Source: an uncultured delta proteobacterium (GTDB lineage: Bacteria; Myxococcota_A; Polyangia; Fen-1088). From it: 64,000 nt of DNA. Location: contig CAWCMR010000025.1 of assembly GCA_963796685.1 (NCBI GenBank), positions 1,376,001 through 1,440,000 on the forward strand. The letters are read 5' to 3'. Both the position numbers and the translations under genes were made by a program. Positions 39,535 through 48,531 of the stretch are shown piece by piece (within the stretch, counting starts at the first letter, position 1; the number at the start of each line of letters is the position of its first letter). The notes beneath the pieces were generated by a model that was not told the origin of the DNA, did no database searches, and worked only from the letters and a program-made list of their open reading frames with translations.

Positions 39535-40008
39535 ATGGCGGGCGCGGCAAGCCAGTTCGAAGACGACGACTCGGGACGCATGATCACCGAGATCAACGTG
39601 ACCCCACTCGTCGACATCACGCTCGTGTTGCTCATCATCTTCATGGTGACCACGACCTACATCGTGAACCCATCCATCAAGGTCGACCTGCCCAAGGCGG
39701 TGACCGGCACGGATCAGACGCGCACCACGCTGTCGCTGACCCTGACCAAGGATGGACAGCTCTACCTCAACGGCGAGCGCTCCGACGAGGCCAAGGTCGT
39801 CAAGCAGATTGCGACCGAGCTGCCCAAGAATCCCGACTTGCAGGCCGTCATCGCCGCCGACAAGGTCGTACCCCACGGCAGCGTGGTCCACATCATCGAC
39901 TTCGTGAAACGCGCGGGCGTGCGCAAATTCGCCATCGATGTGGACAGCGCGGCGACAGCGGCACTGCCGGCTGGCTCGCAGGAGACCGGCGCCGCTCCCG
40001 CGCGGTAG
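39535..40008 (+). CDS. exbD: ExbD/TolR family protein
   Basis: EINVTPLVDITLVLLIIFMVT, IAADK. Confidence 0.92.
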   Translation: MAGAASQFEDDDSGRMITEINVTPLVDITLVLLIIFMVTTTYIVNPSIKVDLPKAVTGTDQTRTTLSLTLTKDGQLYLNGERSDEAKVVKQIATELPKNPDLQAVIAADKVVPHGSVVHIIDFVKRAGVRKFAIDVDSAATAALPAGSQETGAAPAR

Positions 40009-40038
40009 ACTCAGCTCCAGCATTCAAGGAGCGTTCGA

Positions 40039-40890
40039 GTGACAAGCAGCGCTTCATCGGTTGGTCGGCCCGCGACTCCCAAGGAACCCTGGAAGGGTTC
40101 TTTCGCCGAGGACCGTCGGGCAAGTCCCTCTGGCGCTCACGCGTATGTGTGGGGGGCCGCGGTGGCCATCTCGCTGCACGCACTGGTGGCCTTCGGGCTC
40201 ATGCTCGTTCCCGGGCATAGCCTGCACCTCCGTCGACCGTCCGCGGTCGAGGTCGACATCGTCCGCCCCCGACCTGCGGAGCCGCCGCCCCCACCGGAGG
40301 TGCCGATGCCCCCGGAACCGCCCCCGCCGGAACCACCACACCGACCCGTGGTGCGCAAGTTAACGGAACGCATCAAGCCGCCGCCGCCGCCCATGCCCAA
40401 CCAGGAGGTGAAGCCGGCGCCGGTCACCGAAGAGCCTGCCAGGCCCGTCTTCGGCGTGACCAAGGATTCGGTCGTGGCAGGCGAAAGCCCGGTGGCGGTT
40501 CCGGTGGGCAACACCCTGATGACGAAAGATCGGACCCTGGCCAAGACACCGCCGCCGCCCCTGCCCGCGGCACCGCCCCCCCCTGCCTTCGCACCCGTCG
40601 ACGAGGAGTCCGTGGCGGAATTTCCCGAGGCGTACATCAAACCCAAGCCCGAGTACCCCGAGCTTGCACGGCGCATGGGGATCGGTGGCAAGGTGCTCGT
40701 CAAGCTTGGAATCGACCGCAAGGGATTCGTCAAGTCCGTCCGCGTGCTCAAGAAGGCAGGCTACGGCATGGATGAGGAAGCCGTAAAAGCGGCCTGGCAT
40801 TACCGATTCAAGCCGGCCCGACGCGCCGACGGAGAGCCCGTGGACTTCGTCATTACCTACAGCTTTTCGTTCCAGAACTCTGCTCGATGA
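40039..40890 (+). CDS. tonB: TonB family energy transducer
   Basis: TM helix with SLH, Pro-rich linker, PEYPELARRMGIGG, FKPA; start uncertain. Confidence 0.88.
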   Translation: MTSSASSVGRPATPKEPWKGSFAEDRRASPSGAHAYVWGAAVAISLHALVAFGLMLVPGHSLHLRRPSAVEVDIVRPRPAEPPPPPEVPMPPEPPPPEPPHRPVVRKLTERIKPPPPPMPNQEVKPAPVTEEPARPVFGVTKDSVVAGESPVAVPVGNTLMTKDRTLAKTPPPPLPAAPPPPAFAPVDEESVAEFPEAYIKPKPEYPELARRMGIGGKVLVKLGIDRKGFVKSVRVLKKAGYGMDEEAVKAAWHYRFKPARRADGEPVDFVITYSFSFQNSAR

Positions 40891-40911
40891 CCGGGGCTTT
40901 GGCCGTCATCC

Positions 40912-41107
40912 CGCGACAAGAAGAGCAACAGCGCCAAAGGAAAGAGACACCTTTCCAAGACGGATTCAGGCACCCAATCGGAGCGATGACGGGTGGTCGT
41001 GGACGTAGACGGCTTACCGTGGCCGTGGCCGTGGCCGAGGGCAATTACGACCGGCCACGGCCACGACCACGGCCACGACCTTCTGCGGCTATCGTGGGAT
41101 TATGGTT
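40912..41107 (+). repeat. ~200-bp dispersed element with GTGGCC/CACGGC hexamer arrays, copy A
   Basis: Closely similar, in reverse complement, to 63372-63579. Confidence 0.85.
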
Positions 41108-41156
41108 TGGCATCCTGATTAGACAGGAATGGTTTGGCATCCCGAATTAGACAGGA
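41102..41156 (+). repeat. Imperfect 27/28-bp tandem duplication
   Basis: ATGGTTTGGCATCCTGATTAGACAGGA followed by ATGGTTTGGCATCCCGAATTAGACAGGA. Confidence 0.8.
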
Positions 41157-41190
41157 TCGGCAAGCGCAGTTATGATCGCTCGGAATCGCC

Positions 41191-43203
41191 ATGCGTGTCG
41201 TTCGATGGGTCGGTCTCGTGGTTTTCTTGTCGCTCCTGGGCATCGGGACGGGCGTCCGGGCTCAAACCAACAACGCCGCGCCGGCTCCCCCCAGGATGGA
41301 TCGGTCCTTCGACCTCCAGCTCTTCCATCCCGCGGTGGGCGGGCACAGCTTCATCACCCTCGACAGTGCCGAGGTGCTCGAACATCGCCTCTGGCACTTC
41401 GGCTTGGTCGCGAACTACCAGCACCAACCCCTTTCGTACACGCTTGGGAGCTCCGATACCGGGACCGGCCCGACCACGGTCGTACCCGTGCGCGACCTGA
41501 CCATGGCGGAATTGGTCGCGGCCGTGGGGATCCGCAATCGTTTCGAGGTCGGTGCGGCCCTGCCCTTGGCGGTAACCTGGGGAGGCTACGGCTTCGATGC
41601 CTATGGCCGGACCAACGGCACGTCCGCGGCCACCGTGTTCGGCGTGGGCGACTTGCGCGTGGAGGGCAAGGGCGAGGTGGTTGGCTTCGGCACCGATCGC
41701 GCCTTCCTGCTCAGCTTGTCCGCGGGGGCCACCTTGCCCACCGGCGACAAGTCGGCCTTCCTCGGCGAAAAGTCGTTCACCGGCCGCCTGCGCGCGTTGC
41801 TCGAATACCAGCGCGGCGAGAACTTGCGCGCGGTCGCCATGGTGGGCGGGTTGTTTCGCGAAGAGTCCGTGTTCTTGGGCACACCCGAATCAAATGCGGC
41901 GCTTTACGGCCTGGCTGGCGAAATCAAGCCCACCGATGAAATCGGCGTGCTCGCCGAGGTCACGGGAAGAGTGGCCTCGAAGTACTACGACACCAACCCC
42001 GCGGAATTCGACGCCGCCATGCGCTTCTACTTGCCGTCCATGCTCAACCTCATCATGGGTGCCGGCTTCGGGCTCAACCAGGGCATCGGTAGCCCCGTCG
42101 TGCGCGCCTTCGTCGGGCTTGGCTGGGCGCCCGATTACCGCGACCGCGACCACGACGGTATTCCCGACGTGTCCGATCGCTGCCCCGATGAGGCCGAGGA
42201 CCACGACGGGTTCCAGGACGACGACGGCTGCCCCGACCCCGACAACGACGGCGACGGCATTCCCGACGCCCTCGACAAGTGCCCGAACGAGCCCGAGGAC
42301 TTCGACGGCTTTCAGGACGCCGACGGCTGCCCGGACCTCGATAACGACGGCGACGGCATCCCCAATCTCAACGACGCCTGCCCCAACGAAAAGGAAGACG
42401 GCAAGGGCAAACGGCCCACGGACGGCTGCCCCAGCACCTTGGAGGACAGCGACGGCGACGGCATCCCCGACGTGAAGGACAAGTGCCCCGACGAGCCCGA
42501 GGACAAGGACGGCTTCCAGGACGACGACGGTTGCCCCGACTACGACAACGACGGCGACGGCATTCCCGACGGCTACGACGCCTGCCCGAACGAGCCCGAG
42601 GACTTCGACGGGTTCGAGGACAACGATGGCTGCCCGGATCCGGACAACGATCACGACGGCATTCCCGACGTGAAGGACAAGTGCCCGAACCAGCCCGAGA
42701 CCCTCAACAACTTCAAGGACGACGACGGCTGTCCCGATGGCCCGCCCCTGGTCTCGCTGGGCGAGAACGACGACAAAGTGTTCATGCTCGAGCACATCAA
42801 TTTCTTCCCGGGACCTGCAGGCAAGCCCATGCTCACCACCAACAGCCACATGCTGGTTGGATTGGTGGCGCGCCTGCTCAAAGGCCACGTCGAGGTGGCC
42901 AAGGTTCGCATCGACGTGCACGGCAAGGACGTCAGCAAAGAGGTCACGCAGGAGCGTGGCGAGGCGGTGCTGAGCGCGCTGGTCAAGAACGGCATCGATG
43001 CCGGGCGGCTCAAGGTCGCAGGCCTCGGGCCAGGCCCGAACCGGATCGACTTCGTCATCGAAAGTCGAAGCAAACCGAGACGCTACCTTGCCCCCATCCC
43101 GGTGGCCGTGCCCGCCGACGGTTCACCGGACGCCTCCCCGCCACCCTCCGTGGCGCCCAGCGACCCGCCCGCCCCGGCCGCGCCCGCCGAAGAGGCCCGC
43201 TAG
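41191..43203 (+). CDS. Outer-membrane protein: predicted beta-barrel, thrombospondin type-3 repeats, degenerate OmpA-like domain (TraB-like architecture)
   Basis: Signal peptide, GVGDLR, repeated DxDxDGIPDxxDxCP / EDxDGFxDxDGCP. Confidence 0.85.
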   Translation: MRVVRWVGLVVFLSLLGIGTGVRAQTNNAAPAPPRMDRSFDLQLFHPAVGGHSFITLDSAEVLEHRLWHFGLVANYQHQPLSYTLGSSDTGTGPTTVVPVRDLTMAELVAAVGIRNRFEVGAALPLAVTWGGYGFDAYGRTNGTSAATVFGVGDLRVEGKGEVVGFGTDRAFLLSLSAGATLPTGDKSAFLGEKSFTGRLRALLEYQRGENLRAVAMVGGLFREESVFLGTPESNAALYGLAGEIKPTDEIGVLAEVTGRVASKYYDTNPAEFDAAMRFYLPSMLNLIMGAGFGLNQGIGSPVVRAFVGLGWAPDYRDRDHDGIPDVSDRCPDEAEDHDGFQDDDGCPDPDNDGDGIPDALDKCPNEPEDFDGFQDADGCPDLDNDGDGIPNLNDACPNEKEDGKGKRPTDGCPSTLEDSDGDGIPDVKDKCPDEPEDKDGFQDDDGCPDYDNDGDGIPDGYDACPNEPEDFDGFEDNDGCPDPDNDHDGIPDVKDKCPNQPETLNNFKDDDGCPDGPPLVSLGENDDKVFMLEHINFFPGPAGKPMLTTNSHMLVGLVARLLKGHVEVAKVRIDVHGKDVSKEVTQERGEAVLSALVKNGIDAGRLKVAGLGPGPNRIDFVIESRSKPRRYLAPIPVAVPADGSPDASPPPSVAPSDPPAPAAPAEEAR

Positions 43204-43236
43204 CGCGGAATCCCGAGACGCGCTAGCGTATAGGCA

Positions 43237-44007
43237 ATGAAGCCTCGCGGCTGGAGCGCGACCGACGTCGGTCTCAAGCGCGATCACAACGAAGACAGCT
43301 ATCTGTGCAACGACATTCTCGGGCTCTATGCCGTGGCCGACGGCATGGGCGGCCATCTCGGCGGCGAGCGAGCCAGCCGCATGGCCGTGGAGGTGCTCGA
43401 AAAGGAAATGGCCGAACGGCTGGCCGCCCCACGGGATGGCGGCAACCCGGGCGTCGTGGTTGCGGCCATGAAGGAGGCGACCTCGCTGGCTTCGCAGGCG
43501 ATCTACGACAGCGCGCAGGCCTCGCCCGATCTCGCCGGCATGGGTACCACCCTCACCGGGCTGTGCTTTCACGGTCAAAGCCTGACCTTGTGCCACGTGG
43601 GCGATTCGCGCGCCTACCTGCTGCGCGACGGCCATGCCCGCCAGCTCACCGAAGATCATTCATGGATTCAGGAGCAGGTACGCGCGGGCTTGCTGTCCCC
43701 CGGTGACGCCATGGTGTCCCGCTTTCGCAACATCATCACGCGCTCGGTGGGGTTCGAGCCCACCGTCGCCCCTGACCTCTTCACCATGCCCGTCGAACCG
43801 GGGGATTGCTACCTCATCTGTTCGGACGGGCTGTCCAACTACTTTTCGGTCGACGAGATCGGGCGCATCCTGGCCAGCCAGTTCTACAGCGAGGCCGGCC
43901 GGGCCCTGGTCGAGATCGCCAACGAACGCGGCGGCGACGACAACATCACCTGCGTGATCGTGTACGTCGCCAACATCCTGAATGGAAAAGCCGGGAGCTT
44001 GCTCTAG
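43237..44007 (+). CDS. PP2C-family Ser/Thr phosphatase (Stp1/Pph1-like)
   Basis: TDVGLKRDHNED, VADGMGG, GMGTT, HVGDSR, CSDGL, GGDDNIT. Confidence 0.95.
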   Translation: MKPRGWSATDVGLKRDHNEDSYLCNDILGLYAVADGMGGHLGGERASRMAVEVLEKEMAERLAAPRDGGNPGVVVAAMKEATSLASQAIYDSAQASPDLAGMGTTLTGLCFHGQSLTLCHVGDSRAYLLRDGHARQLTEDHSWIQEQVRAGLLSPGDAMVSRFRNIITRSVGFEPTVAPDLFTMPVEPGDCYLICSDGLSNYFSVDEIGRILASQFYSEAGRALVEIANERGGDDNITCVIVYVANILNGKAGSLL

Positions 44008-44165
44008 GAGACTGGTGTTAAACGGCGGACCGAGTCCTGGCGGAGCGAGGAGCCCTGGCCGCAAGGCGCGAGGAGGGCACAATACTGGACGTACCGACGA
44101 GCAACGAAGCGGGCGGGGCCCGCAGCCCGCCAAGCGACGGGAGCCGTTTGACACCAGCCTCCTAG
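44004..44165. mobile_element. MITE with 23-bp terminal inverted repeats bounded by CTAG
   Basis: CTAGGAGACTGGTGTTAAACGGC ... GCCGTTTGACACCAGCCTCCTAG (21/23); the left CTAG contains the phosphatase stop codon. Confidence 0.8.
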
Positions 44166-44168
44166 AGC

Positions 44169-45626
44169 CAATGCCGATCGGTTAGCGCGTAAGTGATCGA
44201 AATTGATCAGGAATTCCTGTGGATAACTTCGCTTCTTGCCTTTAGGCAAGAAGCGAAGTCACCATGCATCGATCTTCGATGGAGAAGGTCATGCATCTGG
44301 ATAGTTCCCTCAAGACGGTAAGCGTATTCACGGCGCCCGAGCAGTTCGAGAGCATCAGGCAGCACATTGACCCTGCGTGGGTGGCCGAGGCTCTGGCGGC
44401 GACTGGAACAGCCACGGTGCGAAAGCGACGGCTTCCAGCCGACCAGGTGGTGTGGCTGGTGATTGGAATGGCCATGTTTCGGAAGTGGCCTATTGCGGAC
44501 TTGGTTGGGAAGCTGAATTTGGTTCTGCCTGGACCACGAGCAACGGTTGTTCCCAGCACGGTCGCTGAGGCTCGGGCGCGCGTTGGTGCCGAGCCGCTGG
44601 AACGGATCTTCGAGATGAGCGCTCAGAAGTGGGGCCACGAGAGCGCGCGCAAGCACGCATGGAGAGGCCTGGCGCTCTACGGTGTGGATGGGTCCACGCT
44701 TCGCGTGGCAGACTCTCCGGAAAATCGCGCTCATTTCGGTGGAACCCGAGGCGACCGAGGCGACAGTGGCTATCCGCTGGTTCGAATCGCCGCGTTGATG
44801 GCGTTGCGTTCGCACATTCTGGTGGCCGCCGAATTCGGCCCCTACGAAGACAGTGAAATCACGCTGAGCGCGTTTCTGTGGCGAGCCGTGCCGGACAATG
44901 CGCTGGTGATGGTCGACCGCGGCTTCCTGGCAGCCGGAATCCTGGTGCCGCTGGCCCGCGATGGAAAGAATCGCCATTGGCTGACTCGCGCCAAGTCGAC
45001 CACAAAATGGCGCGTCGTGGAGCACCTCGGGAAGAACGACGACCTGGTCGAGTTGACGGTTTCGCGCGAGGCGCGAAAGCAGGACCCAAGTTTGCCAGCG
45101 ACCTATCTGGCACGTGCGATCACCTACCAGGTGAAGGGATTCCGTCCTCAGATCGTGCTCACCTCGATGCTCGACCCCGACGCCTTCCCCGCTGCCGAGG
45201 TCGCCCGCCTTTATCACGAGCGCTGGGAGCTGGAACTGGGCTATGGCGAAATCAAGACCGATATGCTCGACCGTCTCGAAAGCATCCGCTGCCGCAGCGT
45301 CGCTGGCGTCGAGCAGGAATTGTGGGGCATTCTTCTCGCGTACAACTTGATTCGCCTCGAAATGGAAAGGACTGCCGACGATTTCGGCGTCGAGCCCACG
45401 CGCATCAGCTTCGTCACGTCACTTCGGATCATCTGTGACACCTGGTCATGGTGTGCGCTCGCCTCGCCCGGCGCTTTGCCTACTCGCCTCAAGACCATGC
45501 GAGAGCTCTTCACCAGCCTTGTTCTCCCAGAGCGGCGCACGGCCCGCAGATATCCACGGGCCGTGAAGATCAAAATGAGCAATTTCCCGAGAAAACGGCC
45601 TTCAAATGCTTAACCGACTGGCATTG
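44169..45626 (+). mobile_element. IS4-family insertion sequence
   Basis: TIRs CAATGCCGATCGGTTAG / TTAACCGACTGGCATTG; 10-bp direct repeat CTCCTAGAGC at 44159-44168 and 45627-45636. Confidence 0.95.
44264..45613 (+). CDS. IS4-family DDE transposase
   Basis: RKRRLP, VDGST, DRGF, YHERWELELGYGEIK (YREK-like), LLAYNLIR, YPRAVK. Confidence 0.95.
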   Translation: MHRSSMEKVMHLDSSLKTVSVFTAPEQFESIRQHIDPAWVAEALAATGTATVRKRRLPADQVVWLVIGMAMFRKWPIADLVGKLNLVLPGPRATVVPSTVAEARARVGAEPLERIFEMSAQKWGHESARKHAWRGLALYGVDGSTLRVADSPENRAHFGGTRGDRGDSGYPLVRIAALMALRSHILVAAEFGPYEDSEITLSAFLWRAVPDNALVMVDRGFLAAGILVPLARDGKNRHWLTRAKSTTKWRVVEHLGKNDDLVELTVSREARKQDPSLPATYLARAITYQVKGFRPQIVLTSMLDPDAFPAAEVARLYHERWELELGYGEIKTDMLDRLESIRCRSVAGVEQELWGILLAYNLIRLEMERTADDFGVEPTRISFVTSLRIICDTWSWCALASPGALPTRLKTMRELFTSLVLPERRTARRYPRAVKIKMSNFPRKRPSNA

Positions 45627-45672
45627 CTCCTAGAGCACCGAACGGGTTGAAACCCGAGCAATTTCCGGATTC

Positions 45673-45791
45673 TAACCACAGAGGACACAGAGAACACTGA
45701 GACGGATGAGAAATGAAGGGTTTGGATCGAGATCCGGACCCCCCCCCCATTCTCCGGGCCTCTGTGCCCTCTGTGTTCTCTGTGGTGAAAA
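45673..45791. repeat. CACAGAG-family palindromic intergenic element
   Basis: ACCACAGAGGACACAGAG ... GGATCGAGATCCGGAC ... CTCTGTGTTCTCTGTGGTGAAAA. Confidence 0.8.
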
Positions 45792-45800
45792 AGAATTCTT

Positions 45801-46133
45801 TCAATCCACGACCTTCTTGATCAGATCCTCGATGCGCGTGCGCGGCACCGCGCCCACCAGCTGACCCGTGACCTGACCGTTCTTGAAGAGGAGCAAGGTC
45901 GGGACGCTGCGAATCTCGAACTGCGTGGGCACGCCGGGATTGTGATCGATGTCGCACTTGCCCACGCGGATCTTGCCGGCATAGGCCTGGGCGATGGCAT
46001 CGAGATGCGGCGCGATGGCCCGGCACGGACCACACCAAGTCGCCCAGAAGTCCACCAGCACGGGCAACGCCGATTGGGAAACCTCGGTCTGAAAGTTCGC
46101 GTCCGTAACATCGAAGGTGTTGGTACTAGCCAT
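45801..46133 (-). CDS. trxA: Thioredoxin
   Basis: VDFWATWCGPC. Confidence 0.96.
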   Translation of the reverse strand: MASTNTFDVTDANFQTEVSQSALPVLVDFWATWCGPCRAIAPHLDAIAQAYAGKIRVGKCDIDHNPGVPTQFEIRSVPTLLLFKNGQVTGQLVGAVPRTRIEDLIKKVVD

Positions 46134-46222
46134 GCAAAAGTCTTAGCACGGAATATCCGGGTTTGTGCCACTGGCCGCGCGATGCTAGCCTGTCGGGACA
46201 CGCGCCAGCTTTTCAGGCGGAA

Positions 46223-46573
46223 ATGTCCGTCAAGGTCTTTATCCCTCAAGATGTCGTCGATTCGTGGATCACGTCCGACAAGGTCGAGTTGTCGGGCGAG
46301 GTCATGACTTTTTGCGGTTCTCGCCTGGCGTTGCGCATGGTCCCCGGCTACTACTTCGACCATGTTGCTGGCGGCTCGGACGAAGGACATAACCTGGTCG
46401 GCCGGGCCAAGGTCAAGGCCGCCGTCAACGCCATGGGAGCCGAGGCGTACATGAGCTCGGTCATTCTCGGCGAGACGGCCTACGAGGTGGAAGCCGGCTT
46501 CGTGGCCAAGCCACTCGACCCAGCTTGCACCCGGAGCGCGCTGGTCGCGGTCATGTCCAAGGCCGGCCATTGA
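46223..46573 (+). CDS. Hypothetical protein
   Basis: 116-aa ORF immediately upstream of hemC; GAEAYMSSVILGETAYEV. Confidence 0.7.
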   Translation: MSVKVFIPQDVVDSWITSDKVELSGEVMTFCGSRLALRMVPGYYFDHVAGGSDEGHNLVGRAKVKAAVNAMGAEAYMSSVILGETAYEVEAGFVAKPLDPACTRSALVAVMSKAGH

Positions 46574-46578
46574 GTGCG

Positions 46579-47496
46579 ATGAAATCCATCGTTGTCGGGA
46601 CCCGAGGCAGCCTGCTCGCACGCTGGCAGGCGGCGTTCGTGGCGCGATCCTTGCGGGCAGCGCATCCCGGCTTGGTCGTCGAGGAGAAGATCATCGTGAC
46701 CGAGGGCGATCGTCTGTCCTCCGGTCCCTTGTGGAATGCAGGCGGCAAAGGGCTGTGGGTCAAGGAAATCGAGGCCGCGCTTTTGGCGGACGAGATCGAC
46801 ATCGCGGTTCACAGCATGAAGGACGTTCCCGGCGAGCTGGCCGCCGGGTTGGCCCTGGTGGCGATCCCACCGCGCGCCGATGTGCGCGACGCCGTGGTCA
46901 GCTCTTCGGGCCGAGCCCTCGATGCTCTGCCCAAGTCGGCGCGCATCGGCACCACCAGTTTGCGCCGAGCCTGCCAGCTCAAGGCCGTCCGCCCGGACTT
47001 CGATATCGAAATCCTGCGCGGCAACCTCGACACCCGCTTGCGCAAGGTCGCGGATGGCGTTGTCGACGCGGCCATCCTGGCTTGCGCCGGACTCGACCGA
47101 CTGGAATTCGCCGGCCGAATCACCGAGCGCTTGTCCATAGAGCGCATGCTGCCGGCGGTAGGTCAGGGCGCGTTGGCCATCGAAGCGCGTTCCGACGACG
47201 CGAGGGTGCGCGGCCTTGCCGAGGTTTTGGACGACGCGGCGACCGCGTTGGCCATTTCCACCGAGCGGAGTTTCCTTGCTCGTCTGGGCGCGACTTGCCG
47301 AACGCCGGTTGCCGGCTACGCCCGCATCGAGGGCGGGCAAGTCGTCATGCTCGGGCTCGTTGGCCGCCCGGACGGCTCCGAGCTCATCGCCGATAGGATG
47401 AGCGGGCAGCCGAGCCGGGCTGCTGAGCTCGGCGTCAAGCTCGCAGATGCGTTGCTGGCGCGTGGGGCCGGGGCGATCCTCGCCGAATGCACCTAG
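46579..47496 (+). CDS. hemC: Hydroxymethylbilane synthase
   Basis: GTRGSLLARWQ, GKGLWVKE, AVHSMKD, RGNLDTR, PAVGQG. Confidence 0.96.
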   Translation: MKSIVVGTRGSLLARWQAAFVARSLRAAHPGLVVEEKIIVTEGDRLSSGPLWNAGGKGLWVKEIEAALLADEIDIAVHSMKDVPGELAAGLALVAIPPRADVRDAVVSSSGRALDALPKSARIGTTSLRRACQLKAVRPDFDIEILRGNLDTRLRKVADGVVDAAILACAGLDRLEFAGRITERLSIERMLPAVGQGALAIEARSDDARVRGLAEVLDDAATALAISTERSFLARLGATCRTPVAGYARIEGGQVVMLGLVGRPDGSELIADRMSGQPSRAAELGVKLADALLARGAGAILAECT

Positions 47497-47589
47497 GGTA
47501 GACCGCCCCGTTCACGGCGATTCGCGTCGGGGAATTCACAGTTTTTGCGCTTTCCTGCCGAAGGAGCCTATGATCGATTCTGAGGCACC

Positions 47590-48531
47590 ATGCGGCTACT
47601 CGTCCGCGCGATAGGAATTCCAAGCATTGCACTGATGGCCTCGTGTGCCCATCGGCAGCCAAACCAGGTCGAGCTCGACCAGCTCCACCGATCCGTCGAG
47701 GCCTTGCGCGTGCAGAACGCGGACTATGCCAAGCAGGTGGAAGAGCTCGAGAATCGCGTCTTCATCCTCACCGACCAACTCGACAGCCGCAAGGTGAACG
47801 AGGAAAAGGCGGAACCGCCCAGGTTGCCGACAGTGGCCTTGCACCCATCCGCCCCGCCACCCGCCAACCCGATTCCCGCCGGCACCGAGACCGATGCGGA
47901 GCCCGAGGTCGAGTACGCGGGTGAGGCGGCCAAGTCCACCGCCCACAGGCCGCTCCTGCGCCTGCGTGGAGATTCCGCCGAGGTGTCCATCGTGCGCGAG
48001 TCGCCGGCGGTCTCGCCGGTGGTTCGGGTCGCGCACGAGGGGGCTCCGCGGGCTTCGCGAGAGGAAGGCGCGGAAGTGGTGGCCGTGTATCGCAAGGCCT
48101 TCGCGGCGTTGCGCGCCGGCCGGCACGACGAGGCCGCGCAGGGATTCAGGGATCTGTTGCGTGACTTCCCCGACTCGGATCTCGCGGACAACGCCCAGTA
48201 CTGGCTGGGCGAATGCTACTACGACCGCAAGGATTTCGTCCAAGCGGTGCACGAGTTTCGTCGGGTCATCGAGCGCTACCCGAGCGGCAACAAGGTTCCC
48301 GATGCCCTGCTCAAGGTCGGCTTCAGTTACCTTGCCCTGGGCAGCACCGACGCGGGCAGGCAGACCCTGATCCAACTGCAGCGCTCCTACCCACGGCATG
48401 AGGCCGCTGTCTTGGCCGGCGCCCGCCTGGCCGAGTTGGATCGCTCCACCCCTGTGCATGCCGCGGGCGGCTCGACCCCTGCGGCGGCTGCAACCGCCAA
48501 GACGGCGCAAATGCCCGAGGAGGCCCCGTGA
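47590..48531 (+). CDS. Tol-Pal associated TPR lipoprotein (YbgF/CpoB-like)
   Basis: Lipobox MASC, coiled coil, DNAQYWLGE, NKVPDALLK. Confidence 0.88.
   Translation: MRLLVRAIGIPSIALMASCAHRQPNQVELDQLHRSVEALRVQNADYAKQVEELENRVFILTDQLDSRKVNEEKAEPPRLPTVALHPSAPPPANPIPAGTETDAEPEVEYAGEAAKSTAHRPLLRLRGDSAEVSIVRESPAVSPVVRVAHEGAPRASREEGAEVVAVYRKAFAALRAGRHDEAAQGFRDLLRDFPDSDLADNAQYWLGECYYDRKDFVQAVHEFRRVIERYPSGNKVPDALLKVGFSYLALGSTDAGRQTLIQLQRSYPRHEAAVLAGARLAELDRSTPVHAAGGSTPAAAATAKTAQMPEEAP

Noticed and set aside
40887-41150. Small ORF sharing a peptide (KETPF..GAMTGGRGRRRLTVAVA..RPRPRP) with ORF 63248-63907
   Set aside because: The similarity follows from the DNA repeat; starts and stops are not shared and the second ORF overlaps real genes
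41102-41156. Tandem 27/28-bp repeats as a mini-CRISPR
   Set aside because: Only two adjacent imperfect units, no spacer and no cas genes
42130-42740. Highly repetitive DNA as a repeat array
   Set aside because: It encodes thrombospondin type-3 protein repeats
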